From NCBI GenBank assembly GCA_951804945.1, contig OX638163.1, forward strand, positions 32,550,001 through 32,614,000: a stretch of 64,000 nt of DNA, written 5' to 3'. Position 1 is the first letter of the stretch. Each line of letters starts with the position of its first letter. The notes under the pieces are model-generated. The model searched no databases, was not told where the DNA came from, and was given only the letters and a program-made list of their open reading frames with translations. The DNA comes from Podarcis cretensis (Eukaryota). A program made the translations under genes and the position numbers. Below are positions 1 through 10,991 of the stretch, piece by piece.

Positions 1-142
1 CCCCTGCTTCAAATAATATAACGGATTACATATTCCTCAGGTATATGCAATGGCACAGCATAGACATGTCTCTTGGATAACTGTAGGAGCATGCACCCAC
101 AAACACCTGCCTCCTCATTGTTGGGCCACATACCTAACATTA

Positions 143-384
143 CAGCGGTACCTCGGGTTAAGTACTTAATTCGTTGCGGAGGTCCGTACTTAACCTGAAA
201 CTGTTCTTAACCTGAAGCACCACTTTAGCTAATGGGGCCTCCTGATGCTGCTGCGCCACCGGAGCACGATTTCTGTTCTCATCCTGAAGCAAAGTTCTTA
301 ACCTGAAGCACTATTTCTGGGTTAGCGGAGTCTGTAACCTGAAGCGTATGTAACCTGAAGCGTATGTAACCCGAGGTACCACCG
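143..384 (+). mobile_element. Tc1/mariner (Tigger-like) MITE
   Basis: TIR CAG(C/T)GGTACCTCGGGTTA, TA target duplication; four copies in the window. Confidence 0.88.
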
Positions 385-980
385 TACTGCAATGAATCAA
401 AAGTTATTTGTAACTGTAAAAAAAATCTCTCCATATGCCATCCAACAAGATCAATTCAGAGCACAGCCTGGAATCTTTTAACCTACTTTTAAGACTGGAG
501 ATGGTATTCTCCTTTTCCGCCCTGAGTGTTGAAGGCAGTTTGTATGTGAGAGAGATACTGTTGTGTTTGGTGAGTATGCCCTCATCTCGCCATCACTTCT
601 GATAAACAGATTTCCATAGGGTGTCAAAAAAACCTCTTGGAAAAATAGCAGCAGCAGTGAGACAAAATAAATATGCATTTGCACCAAGAACAACACTCAT
701 TCAGTCATGCCGCTCCCAAGTCTCCAAACAGCCAATGACAACAAGGACTAGAATCTTGTTTTGCAAAGGAATAAGAGAAAGAGGTGAGAATATCAGGACA
801 CTGAATTGTGAACTATATAATGAATTACATGCACGTACGTGAAACAGCTACACCCCAGGCACAAGTCAGTGCCTGGCAGAACAAGGTAAATTACAGGAGA
901 ACTTGGCAGGTGTTTCATAGTACTTCATCCCTTGCAACTGTATTTAATCAGGCAGATGCAAGACTTACATTCTCCAAGTA

Positions 981-1206
981 CAGTGGTACCTCAGGTTACA
1001 TACGCTTCAGGTTACAGACTCTGCTAACCCAGAAATAGTGCTTCAGGTTAAGAACTTTGCTTCAGGATGAGAACAGAAATCATGCTCCGGCGGCACGGCG
1101 GCAGCGGGAGGCCCCATTAGCTAAAGTGTTGCTTCAGGTTGAGAACAGTTTCAGGTTAAGTACGGACCTCCGGAACGAATTAAGTTCTTAACCCAAGGTA
1201 CCACTG
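981..1206 (-). mobile_element. Tc1/mariner (Tigger-like) MITE, inverted relative to the 143-384 copy
   Basis: Same TIRs and TA TSD; internal sequence is the reverse complement. Confidence 0.88.
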
Positions 1207-1589
1207 TACAAGGTTCCTTGCATATCCTTAATCCATACTTAAAAAGATGACAGGCACTTTTCCATCAAACATACCTAATTGAAAAGCATGGTATCATCTT
1301 TTTAAGGCAGGAGTGAGAAACCTGCTGCCTGTCCACACATGTTGTTGGACTTCAGCTCCTATCAACCCTGATGGTTGGCCCCGATGGCTGATGGCAGGTG
1401 GAGTCCAATAGCTTCAGACACAGATTCACCATCCTGGGTCTAACAGTAAATTGGCCAACGTATGCTTTGTCAGTTGAAAACAGCAAGTTCAACTGAAAAC
1501 AAAAAGTCTTATAGAACTTTAATAAATATCATCATAGCATAAGCTCTATATAGCATATGCTATTCTAGCATATATCATAAGAGGTCTGT

Positions 1590-2290
1590 AATGGCTGCTG
1601 ATTTGTTATCAGGTTAAATTCAAAGTATTACTATTGGCACATAATGCCCACAACAGCTTGGGATCAATTTACTTGGAAGGAACACCTCAACCCATCTGTG
1701 CCTAGTTGATCACTTAGATCTGCAGAGCCGGCACTTTTACAAGCGTCAGTTAATCTCCATTCTGTACTTGCAAAAAATCAATCTCTTAAGTGTAGCAGCA
1801 CCTACACTTTGGAACTCCTCATCCATTGATATTTAATAACAACAACCCCATTTATATGCCAGCCATCTGCCTGGGTTGCCCCAGCCACTTTGGGCAGCTC
1901 CCAACAAAATATAAAAGACACAGTAAAACATCAACCATTAAATGCTTCACTGACTAGGACTGCCTTCAGAAGTCTTCTAAAAGTCAAACAGTTGTTTATC
2001 TGTTTGACATCTGATGGGAGGGCAGCCTTCACTGAATTGTTTTCAGTGCCTGCTAAAATCTTTTACTATTTCAGGCATGTAATTCTGACAGGTGATTTTT
2101 GTAGGTACAAACGTTTTAAAATTACTGCTTCTATTTTATATTTCAATGCAACTTGTTTTTAATGTTTGTTCTCATTGGTATTTTAAATGAGTATTTCAGA
2201 TCGACTTGTAAACTGCTTAGAGCTCTTTTGCGCTAGCAAGCAGTATGCATGCACACTGAGTTAACCTAAATAAATAAATAAGCTTGCACA
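1590..2290. mobile_element. Degenerate L2 fragments (older + strand piece with a - strand 3' end nested in it)
   Basis: The + strand piece resembles L2 ORF2 3' sequence (ttcaaagtattacta...ggaactccct). A - strand L2 3' UTR lies at ~1835-2022 (gccagccatctgcctgggttgccccagccact). Confidence 0.55.
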
Positions 2291-3344
2291 GACTACATCA
2301 GGTGCACCGAATGAAGGCATAAGTGAAACAGCCGTTACAACGAAACACATCAGAGACTTTAAGAACTAGAAATTTGCCTTCGTTTACCATTGGAGATTCC
2401 TGCAAAACTGAACAAGTACCATTCTGATTTCATGCTAATACCATGAAATCATACACTGTGCACAGTCCTGATCTGGAGATACATGTGTTTGAATGGGTGA
2501 GCTTAGAACTCAACCAACAACCAAATTTAAATGTTTTCGCTAAACCCAGAACACTGAATTTGTAAGTGATGTATTGTAAGGTGGCCATAAAGTAGCATGC
2601 ATGCCTCATAGGACCACACGTCCTCTGTCTGCCATGGGGGACAGGGCATGTTCCTAGGGTCCACAATGACCACTCCTTAATCTGATGTGTGGGTAGACTT
2701 GCAGGACCCGGGAAGGGGGGTGGGATTGCACCTCTGGGAACAAAGGATTGTGCTCCTCTGTGCTCCATGCTCCTTCCTCTTAAGGAGGAAGCATCAATGA
2801 AACGGGGGGAAGAGAGGATATTTCTGGAATCTCCCAGGGGACTCCTGACCTCATCAGGTCACACCAGTTCCTTCTTCCTACTATATACATCCATACCCCC
2901 TACTTCCTCTCCCTTCTGTTTCATCCCTGTCAACTTTCCACCAGCCCCCAGGTTTTGCTGCTCAAAGTAGCCTGCGTGGAGTAAGGGTCAAATGCAGCAA
3001 ACCAGAGTTTACTGGTTCAACACAAGGGCCAAATTCCCTCCCAGGCAACCTTCTGGGGGGCCACAGTGTGCAGAGCAATGAATGTGTTGATTTTGACACA
3101 TTCCTCTCAATGCTCCGTCCAGGGCGAACCAGAAGCACTGATCTGCTTGATATTTTGGAAAGCTACCACGAGTCCTGGGTTAGATGGGATCAGCGGTATG
3201 ATTTGGACTTGGTACAAAACAGCTCCTTACACAGGGCTGAAAAGTCCAAACTGTGCCAACCCCTAAAGCAACACAAGCATGAACTGGCACGTTCATCTGT
3301 CTTAATTTTGATCTGCCAGGGCTGTGTTCATAATCACACATTTA

Positions 3345-3760
3345 GAATATTTTATTTCTTGAGGTGCGGGAAGTTAAGAAGTCAAAACCATTTGAAATTA
3401 ATGGACTATGCAGAATTAAGTAAATTAACAGGAAAGAATCAAAACCTGCAGGATCAGAGATTCTTAGAGGACTGGAGTAAATATTTGAATTATTTGAAAA
3501 GCAATTGTGATAAACAGATTACGCTAGTGGTACTGCAAGAAGTTCTATAAGGAGGACTTTGTGAAATATTGCAAGAAAGACTTTGAAAAGAATGATTAGT
3601 TAAGGACAATTAAAAGTAATGGAGAAATAAGAAATGCAGAACAAGGGATAAAGAACAGAAAATCTTCAGAGGTTGTTGACGGAAGTCTAAAATATTGTAT
3701 AAGATAAGAAGTTATGTTAAATGATTGTTGAAATTTATATGTTAAAAAATTAATAAAAGT
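3345..3760 (+). mobile_element. L1-clade LINE 3' end fragment
   Basis: KLMDYAELSKLT...FLEDWSKYLNYL resembles an L1 ORF2 terminus; A-rich 3' UTR with AATAAA. Confidence 0.65.
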
Positions 3761-4215
3761 GTGTGTGTGTGTATGAGAAGTCAAAACCATTGATCTGGAA
3801 GTCATGCCTCTATATCTTCTAAGAGCCTGAGAGTAAGGTGCAGTTACTCAGTGAGGCAGGAAAAACACTTTGTGCATGCTCAGGAGCATTCTTCACCAAA
3901 AACATCACACACACACAGAAAGAAAGAAAGAAAAAAAAAACACGGCCTGGTTCTGCAGCCTGGCTGAAATCAAGCCTTACCAGTGCAGATCACATTTTCT
4001 CATTCATAAAATGTGCAAATGGGATTTTCAGAATAAAAATTTGTTTGTGCCACACGGAACTTTTCATTAATAGGAATACATTTGAAAAACAATGACAACT
4101 AGCAGTGCTTGGTTTATAACACAGAGCACAACTACTTTATAATATGCTCATGGGATATGCAGAAAGTATTAAACAATGCAACTACATTAAAACATGAATC
4201 TGTTCCCAAAATATA

Positions 4216-4992
4216 CCGTATTTTTCGCCCTATAGGGTGCACCAGCCCATAGGGCGCACCTAGTTTTCAGGGGGGGGAAATCACGGAAAAAAATATGACA
4301 CCCCCCCCCGCAGCTCTGGGAGCAGCGGACAAGCTGCACACAGCCTGTGCACTACTCCAAGACCTTCTCCCTGCTTTTGCGGGAGGTGGCGGAATTCCCC
4401 CAAGTCCCGCAAAAGCCCACAGGAGCTGCGCACGACTCCTGCGGGCTTTTCAACCAGGAGGGAGAAGGGACTGAAACGGCCAGTCAGTCAACTTGTCCCG
4501 CCTCGGGGAAAAGCCCCCAAGAGCGGTGCGCTCTTTAAAGGGTGTGCGGCATCCTGCAGGCTTTTCTACGAGGTGGGGGAATTCCCCCATCTCATAGAAA
4601 AGCCCGCAGAAGCCGCGCACCCTTTAAAGAGCGTGCGGCTCCTGCGGGCTTTTTGACCCAGATTGTGGGGAAGCGCTGCTTTCCCCCACCGCCAGCCTCA
4701 AAGCCGGGTCGGGGAGCAGCGCTAAGGCGTCGCGCGCCTTCCCGCTGCCCCCCCCCAGCTTGTGGGGGTGGCGGTGGGGGGGAAGCGCTGCTTTCCCCCA
4801 CCACCAGCCTCAAAGAGCAGACTCTCCTGGCTTCAGCGAAAGCAACGCGAAGCCTCCGGAGCGCAGGCCTCGGAGGCTTTGCGTTGCTATCGCTGAAGCC
4901 AAGGAGCCTGCATTCGCCCCATAGGACGCACACACATTTCCCCTTCATTTTTGGAGGGGGAAAAAGTGCGTCCTATAGGGCGAAAAATACGG
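4216..4992. mobile_element. Tc2/pogo-like non-autonomous DNA transposon
   Basis: TIR CCGTATTTTTCGCCCTATAGG, TA TSD, GC-rich interior with sub-repeats. Confidence 0.85.
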
Positions 4993-5566
4993 TAATTACA
5001 AATGAGCCTCTTACATATCATGTACATTAAGTAAGTATACAAACTCGTGTGAGCTTGCCTTTAGGCCTAATTTGAGACAAAATAACTCTCATTTCCTCAT
5101 CAATGCAAATTAGCCTTACACTTTTCTGATGTTTTATATTTGTCAGAATTGAAAATCCCGTTTCACAGCAATTAAGTTATCAGCATCACTTGATGCTCAT
5201 TGGGGGGGGATTCATTCTGCATATAAAATTTTGTTTTGATTCTATACTGTACTACACTGAAATGTTTAAATGTTTCCTTGATTGTCCTTCAATCTTCCAG
5301 CCACACTTGACATCCTCTCCTGCCACATCAGTGTTCAAAACAGTAACCATTAATTACTCATTTGTTCAAAATCCAGTTAAAACTATTTTGTTTAATTAAT
5401 TCAACAAAGCTGATGAACTTGATTAAGTGACACCAGCTTTTCAATGTCTGATAGTCAGTTACACCTCCAATTTTTTCCTCCCATTGCCTCTTAGCAGCCC
5501 CTAGGTAATCCCTTCCCCGGGGGGCAATACTGCCCAGCTTGAGAAGCATTGCACTAGATTTTACTT

Positions 5567-5918
5567 AAAGGTAAAGGAACCCCTGACCATTAGGTCCAGT
5601 TGTGACTGACTCTGAGGTTGCGGCGCTCATCTCGCTTTATTGGCTGAGGGAGCTGGCGTACAGCTTCCGGGTCATGTGGCCAGCATGACTAAGCCGCTTC
5701 TGGCAAACCAGAGCAGCGCATGGAAACGCCGTTTACCTTCCCGCCAGAGCAGTACCTGTTTATCTACTTGCATTTTGACATGCTTTCAAACTGCTAGGTT
5801 GGCAGGAGCAGGGACCGAGCAACAGAAGCTCATCCCGTCGCAGGGATTCGAACCGCCGACCTTTTGATCGGCAAGTCCTAGGCTCTGTGGTTTAACCCAC
5901 AGCGCCACCTGTGTCCCT
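5567..5918 (-). mobile_element. Sauria (Squam1/POM-type) SINE
   Basis: tRNA-derived head with B-box GGTTCGAATCC, (ACCTTT)n tail, TTACTTA flanking direct repeat. Confidence 0.9.
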
Positions 5919-6845
5919 TACTTAGAGTAGACCCATTCAAATTAACAGGCTAAAATTAATCATGTTCACTAATTTCAATGGGTCTACTCCAAGCAGGATT
6001 AGCACTGAATTCAAGCACCCAACACATTCCAAGATTATGGTCTGGCTTCCTCCTGCTATTTAAGGTAAATTGCCCAGTAGTCATGGCAATGGGCCCAGGC
6101 CTCAAAGCCCATTTCCTGAATTATCTCAAACAGGAGCCATTCAGTAGTAAAACTATTTCCTTCAGCCCCACAACCTGCTACTTCTTACTGCTGGCTCATA
6201 ATGTGCTATGGCCACATTCACACCATTTTCTTAAAAAAAACACTTTAAGCTGTAATGGCTTCCCCTAAATAATTATGGGAGCTATAGTATGTTAAGGTGC
6301 CAGGAACTGTCAGGAGCTGCCTCCTGCAGCTACAATTTCCAGAGCTGTCTGTGAAGAGGGATTGGCTGTTAAATCACTCAGAATTGCAGCTCTGCCTCTG
6401 TGAAAGAGCTCAGGCACATCTGGCCCAGGCAGCATAGCCAACAGCCAGAGATGAGGGGAACTGGGAGTCCAACATCTGGAGGGTGTGAAGTCACAAAGAC
6501 CCCATCTGCACTATAGATTTAAAGCACTATTATATCACTTTAAAAACAATCATGACTGGAGGGTTGGGGGAAGAAGAATCCTGTGAACTGTAGTTTGTTA
6601 AAGATGCAGAATGTTTTCCCCATCCCACAGAATTTGAATTCCCAGAGTTCGCTGAGACAAGGGATTGATTGTTGAACCAGGAGAAGGGCTATAGCTCAGT
6701 GGTAGAGAATCTGCTTTGTTTTCTGAAAGTCTCAGGTTCAATCCCCAGCATCTCTGCGTAGGGCTGGGACTCTCCTGAAACCCTGGTAAAAGGCAGCTGC
6801 CTATGTTCCTAAGCACTCTGAGCACCCTTAACAATCTACATCTCC

Positions 6846-8000
6846 AGTAGTAGTAGTTATAGTAATAATAATAATAATATTTATATCCAGCCATTCTGGG
6901 CGGCTTCCTGCATGTATGAAAACATCATAAAACATAAAACATCGAAAACCTCCTGATACAGGGCTTCCTTCAGATGTCTTCTACAAGTTGTGTAGTTCTC
7001 CCCCCCCCCCATTTTAAAAATGTTTTATTCATTTTATGTACAATCTTTACAACAGAAGACTTCACATCCAAAGTAAAACAGTATATAACAAAACCTTGAG
7101 TCTCAAGCTTTCATTTATACTGATTCTTCTCAGGTTCCCTTATTTTCGTATTCCTTAATATCTGTCTCCTTTTTTTGGTTCCTTATTCGTAATCTCTTAG
7201 ATCCCATATATATATTTAACAATTTTTCAATTAATGCTCTCACCTCCCTCCCCCTAAACCCGTTGCTTCCCTTCACCCATGTGGGATCCTCTTTACCTAC
7301 TGTTGCATTAACAGCCATTTATATTTGTTGTTCTATATTTGTTATAATATCATCCTATATCCTTGCGCCCTTTAAGCTATTGCCTATTAATTTTAAGTTC
7401 TGAAACCAACTCTTTTCATGTAAACTTTACGCATTCCCACTCTTTGTAATTTTTTTGGTTGGGACAGCCTCTAATTGATGCTGTTACCTTTACCATCTCC
7501 ACAAATTCACAAATTTTAGCTCGCCATTCTAGTAGTTCTGGTATTTTGTCTGTTTTCCAATTTTTTGCCACTAATATTCTAGCTGCTGCTGTTGCATAAA
7601 GGAATACATTCCTTTTATCCTTGGGGATGTCACTAGATATTAAGCCCAGCAGGAATGCTTCTGGCTTTTTAGAAATTGAACTCCTAAATATCTTTGAGCT
7701 CTTCATGTACCACAGTCCAGAACTGTTTAAACACCTACACCCCCACCACATATGATACAGTGTCCCCACCTCTGTTTTACATCCCCAACAGAGATTTGAG
7801 TGTTTTTTGTACGTCTTTGATAAATTTACTGGGGTGAGGTACCTACAATAAAACATCTTCATTATATTCTCCTTAATCAGATAGCAAGCTGTAAAGTTTA
7901 TATCTGTTTTCCATAATCTAAGTTGTGTAGTTCTTTGTCTCCTTGACATCTGACTGGAGGGTGTTCCACAAAGAGGGTGCCACTGCTGAGAAGACCCTTA
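6846..8000 (-). mobile_element. L2 3' fragment interrupted by an L1 insertion
   Basis: (TAG/TAA)n tail and L2 3' UTR at 6846-6999. The L2 sequence resumes at 7920 (ttgacatctga...ggagggtgttccaca...gccact). Confidence 0.75.
7000..7919 (-). mobile_element. 5'-truncated L1-clade LINE
   Basis: ORF2 C-terminal Cys/His motif CWGCKTEVGTLYHMWWGC; AATAAA near the 3' end; 15-bp TSD AAGTTGTGTAGTTCT at 6985-6999 and 7920-7934. Confidence 0.85.
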
Positions 8001-10307
8001 GTAATATTCGAGGAAAGCCACCACTATTTTCAAAGTGCTGCAAGAGTGCTTCAGATGTAGAGCACAGAGGCAGGGATGTAATTTAATCCAGCAGCATCCA
8101 ACACTGGCTGATGGGGACTGAGGATGCAAAATGAACAGATTGTCTGGAAGCGACTATGGCTTTCTTCCGATAACTCCAGCACCCATGCTACTAGAAGATT
8201 TAGGTGCAGTAGCTAAGTCCTGTCTGGTTTTTGGCCAAGATGCCCTTTGCTGGCTGTGCCACAGTGGAGATGGCACTTTTCTGAAGCTTCTTGGGGATGT
8301 TGTCTTGACTTCCCTTTCCAGACTGTGTGGCCTCCACAGGATGGTGTTTGTTACTGCTATGAAAAGAGCTTTGTCTGAGCTGTTATTTTTGGGTGGGGGT
8401 GGGAGGGAGGAAGAGCACTGGATTCCTGTCAACAAAGGCCCATCGGCCAGACCTGCATGGCGGCAAGCATCTGCCTGACACGCACCAGAACTAGACACGT
8501 TGCTACTGGAAGCGGCATCAGAGGCTCTTTTCTTTAAATTAGGACCCATGGCAACAGTCCAAGTTGAGTTCAGTGATGGGGAAAAATGTCAACGCTGCTG
8601 CCTAGATGATATTGTCTTGCTGTGCCTTGGACAGATATGCCACTTTATTTATTTATTTATTTAATGACGAATTACATAATATTTGGCTGTATGAAAGGAC
8701 ATTTAATTTCCTTCTTAAAAATTATTGTTTTTATAATTATACCTTTTATAATAAACAAATACCTTCCATATCTCCTCGAAATCACTTCTCGTGCATATTC
8801 CCTGTCTTACCTTAATAGCACTTGTTAATTTATCATTAATAGCTATATCCCACACCTCTTTTTACCATTCTTCCATTTTATATTCACCTTGCCCCACGGC
8901 GTTTCATTCTCATGCAGAAATGCCTCCCAGAGACAAGCTACCATGAGAGATGGTCTAAACTTGCTGAGCAACATGCCCAGAGCTGACCCAAGGGATCCAA
9001 GCACTTTATTGTGGACATGGTGATGCATGCATGGAAGTTTATAGTGTAGCATCCACACAACACAGTCCGCACTGTAGTGCCATCCTATACCCCTTTACTA
9101 TTTCATATGGATTTACCATTTCCACAGAAAATCCAGTAAGAAGAAAAGCAATGCAGAAAACTGTCCCGATTAAAAGGGGGTGAAGAGAAATATGGGGTGG
9201 CATTTTGCAGAGGGCGGCTTCATGCAGATGCCGTGATAAAGATGTATGTGTGAACAGCACCAATTCCACAATAAACTACTGTGTGAAAGCCACCCCAGTT
9301 AACATTCAGCATCTTATAAACTTTGGCTCTCCTACACACTAGTGACAAACAGAAAGACCTACCACCTTTGATGATATTAACCAATCCTCTTTTCTGTCGG
9401 CTGCATTGCAACACCCTGTGTTATGTGAAGACACATGTCCACTTTCAGGGTTATTAACAAGGTTCAATGAGAACCTTCCAGTGGATAATAAAAGCAGGGT
9501 TTTTTAGGGGGAGGGGTGTGTGTGTGTGTGTTTGTAGAAACTGTGGCAGTTGCTATTTAAAGCAAAATAAGGATACAGCAAAATCAAATACAGTTGAAGT
9601 AAAATTAAATTAAAAACCCAGTGACTCATTTAGCACTGCATATCATTTTACCCTAAATCTCACAGTTTTGTTACAAATTTTCAGAGCTATAGTGATTGCA
9701 AGAAGACTGTGAGATGACCAAAGCTGTAAGCAATTTGCCAGCACCCTGTTTCCCATTTTTTGCACCGCTGGGTGGATAAAATTCTCAATGTCCTGTTTCT
9801 ATTTTCCCTCTTTTCAGTGGGGACCTGACTCCTTACCAATCTGTAAAGCACCGAGCATAATGATGGCAATTGGCATCATCTTCAGACTAGGATAGAAGTC
9901 TACATTTCAAACAACTGGCAAGAGATCCTGGTTTTATGGCAGTTGCTACTTGTTAAGAATTGGCACCTCTGTGTAAAGACAGGAAAACAGGTATCCAATA
10001 TCATATGCACAATGCAACATCCAGGTGCTCCAGGTTAATTAACCCATGCTCTGGTTCTATTTTCACCTGCATTAGTAATCTTCACTCTGTATACGTGTCT
10101 TCAAACGCCATCTTTTCAGCTCTTTAACTTTATTGACAATGTGTCACAAAGTGGTTTAAGTGCATTAGTCTAACACAGATTTACCCTTCTATTCTGCACA
10201 TACCTTTAACATGTCCTTCTGCTATAATTCAAATGACAGGGGCCCGCTGAGCAGTTCTGGGAAAACATACACACACGAACAATGGTTCTGCTGTGGATTA
10301 GGCAAGT

Positions 10308-10515
10308 GAATTATGGTGCTGGAGGAGACTCTTGAGAGTCCCATGGACTGCAAGAAGATCAAACCTCTCCATTCTTAAGGAAATCAGCCCTGAGTGCTCA
10401 CTGGAAGGACAGATCGTGAAGCTGAGACTCCAATACTTTGGCCACCTCATGAGAAGAGAAGACTCCCTGAAAAAGACCCTGATGTTGGGAAAGATGGAGG
10501 GCACAAGGAGTAGGG
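10308..10515 (+). mobile_element. BovB (RTE) LINE fragment
   Basis: WRRLLRVPWTARRSNLSILKEISPECSLEGQIVKLRLQYFGHLMRREDSL, a characteristic BovB ORF C-terminus. Confidence 0.9.
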
Positions 10516-10849
10516 GACTGCAAAAGCTCTCCCCAAAGTACTTGCCCATTTGTGGATTTAATTGAGGGGAATGAACCTTTTCACCATCAGCATGCAGTAA
10601 GTAATGCAGGAAATGTCTTTCACATACACCTGTGCTTGGAGGAAGCACCAGCTTCACCTTCTAAGAAAGGGCCATAGCTCTGTGGTAGTGCACAGAAGGT
10701 TTCAAGTTCCATCCCTGGCAATCTCCAGACATGACTGAGAAATCTGTCTGAAAACACTGAGAGCCACAGTCAGTTAGTGTAGATAATACTGAGCTAACGC
10801 ATCTTCCTGTGTTCCCAACAGGGTAAAAACATTCCCCTCTATCTAATAA

Positions 10850-10991
10850 GGTAGGGTGAGGAACCTGTGGCCCTCCAGGTGTTGCTGGACTTCAACTCCC
10901 ATCAGCCCCCAGCCAGCATAGTTAGTGTTGAGAGAGGATTGGAGCTGCAATCTAACAACATCTGTAAGAGCCACAGGTACCCAACCCCTGC
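10850..10991. mobile_element. ~140-bp palindromic hAT-type MITE; other copies near 1308, 15560, 22230, 23300, 37290, 60838
   Basis: gaacctgtggccctccag.tgttg.tggact.caactcccatca, followed by its reverse complement. Confidence 0.65.

Noticed and set aside
4542-5030. 162-aa and 118-aa ORFs
   Set aside because: They lie within a GC-rich non-autonomous transposon and have no transposase motifs.
5640-5867. Recurrent MAEGAGVQLPGHVASMTKPLLANQSS ORF family
   Set aside because: Antisense translations of Sauria SINE copies, not a gene family.
8131-8549. Overlapping 115-aa (+) and 131-aa (-) ORFs, considered as APLN exon 2
   Set aside because: No RPRLSHKGPMPF-like sequence, no convincing splice sites and no recognisable family.
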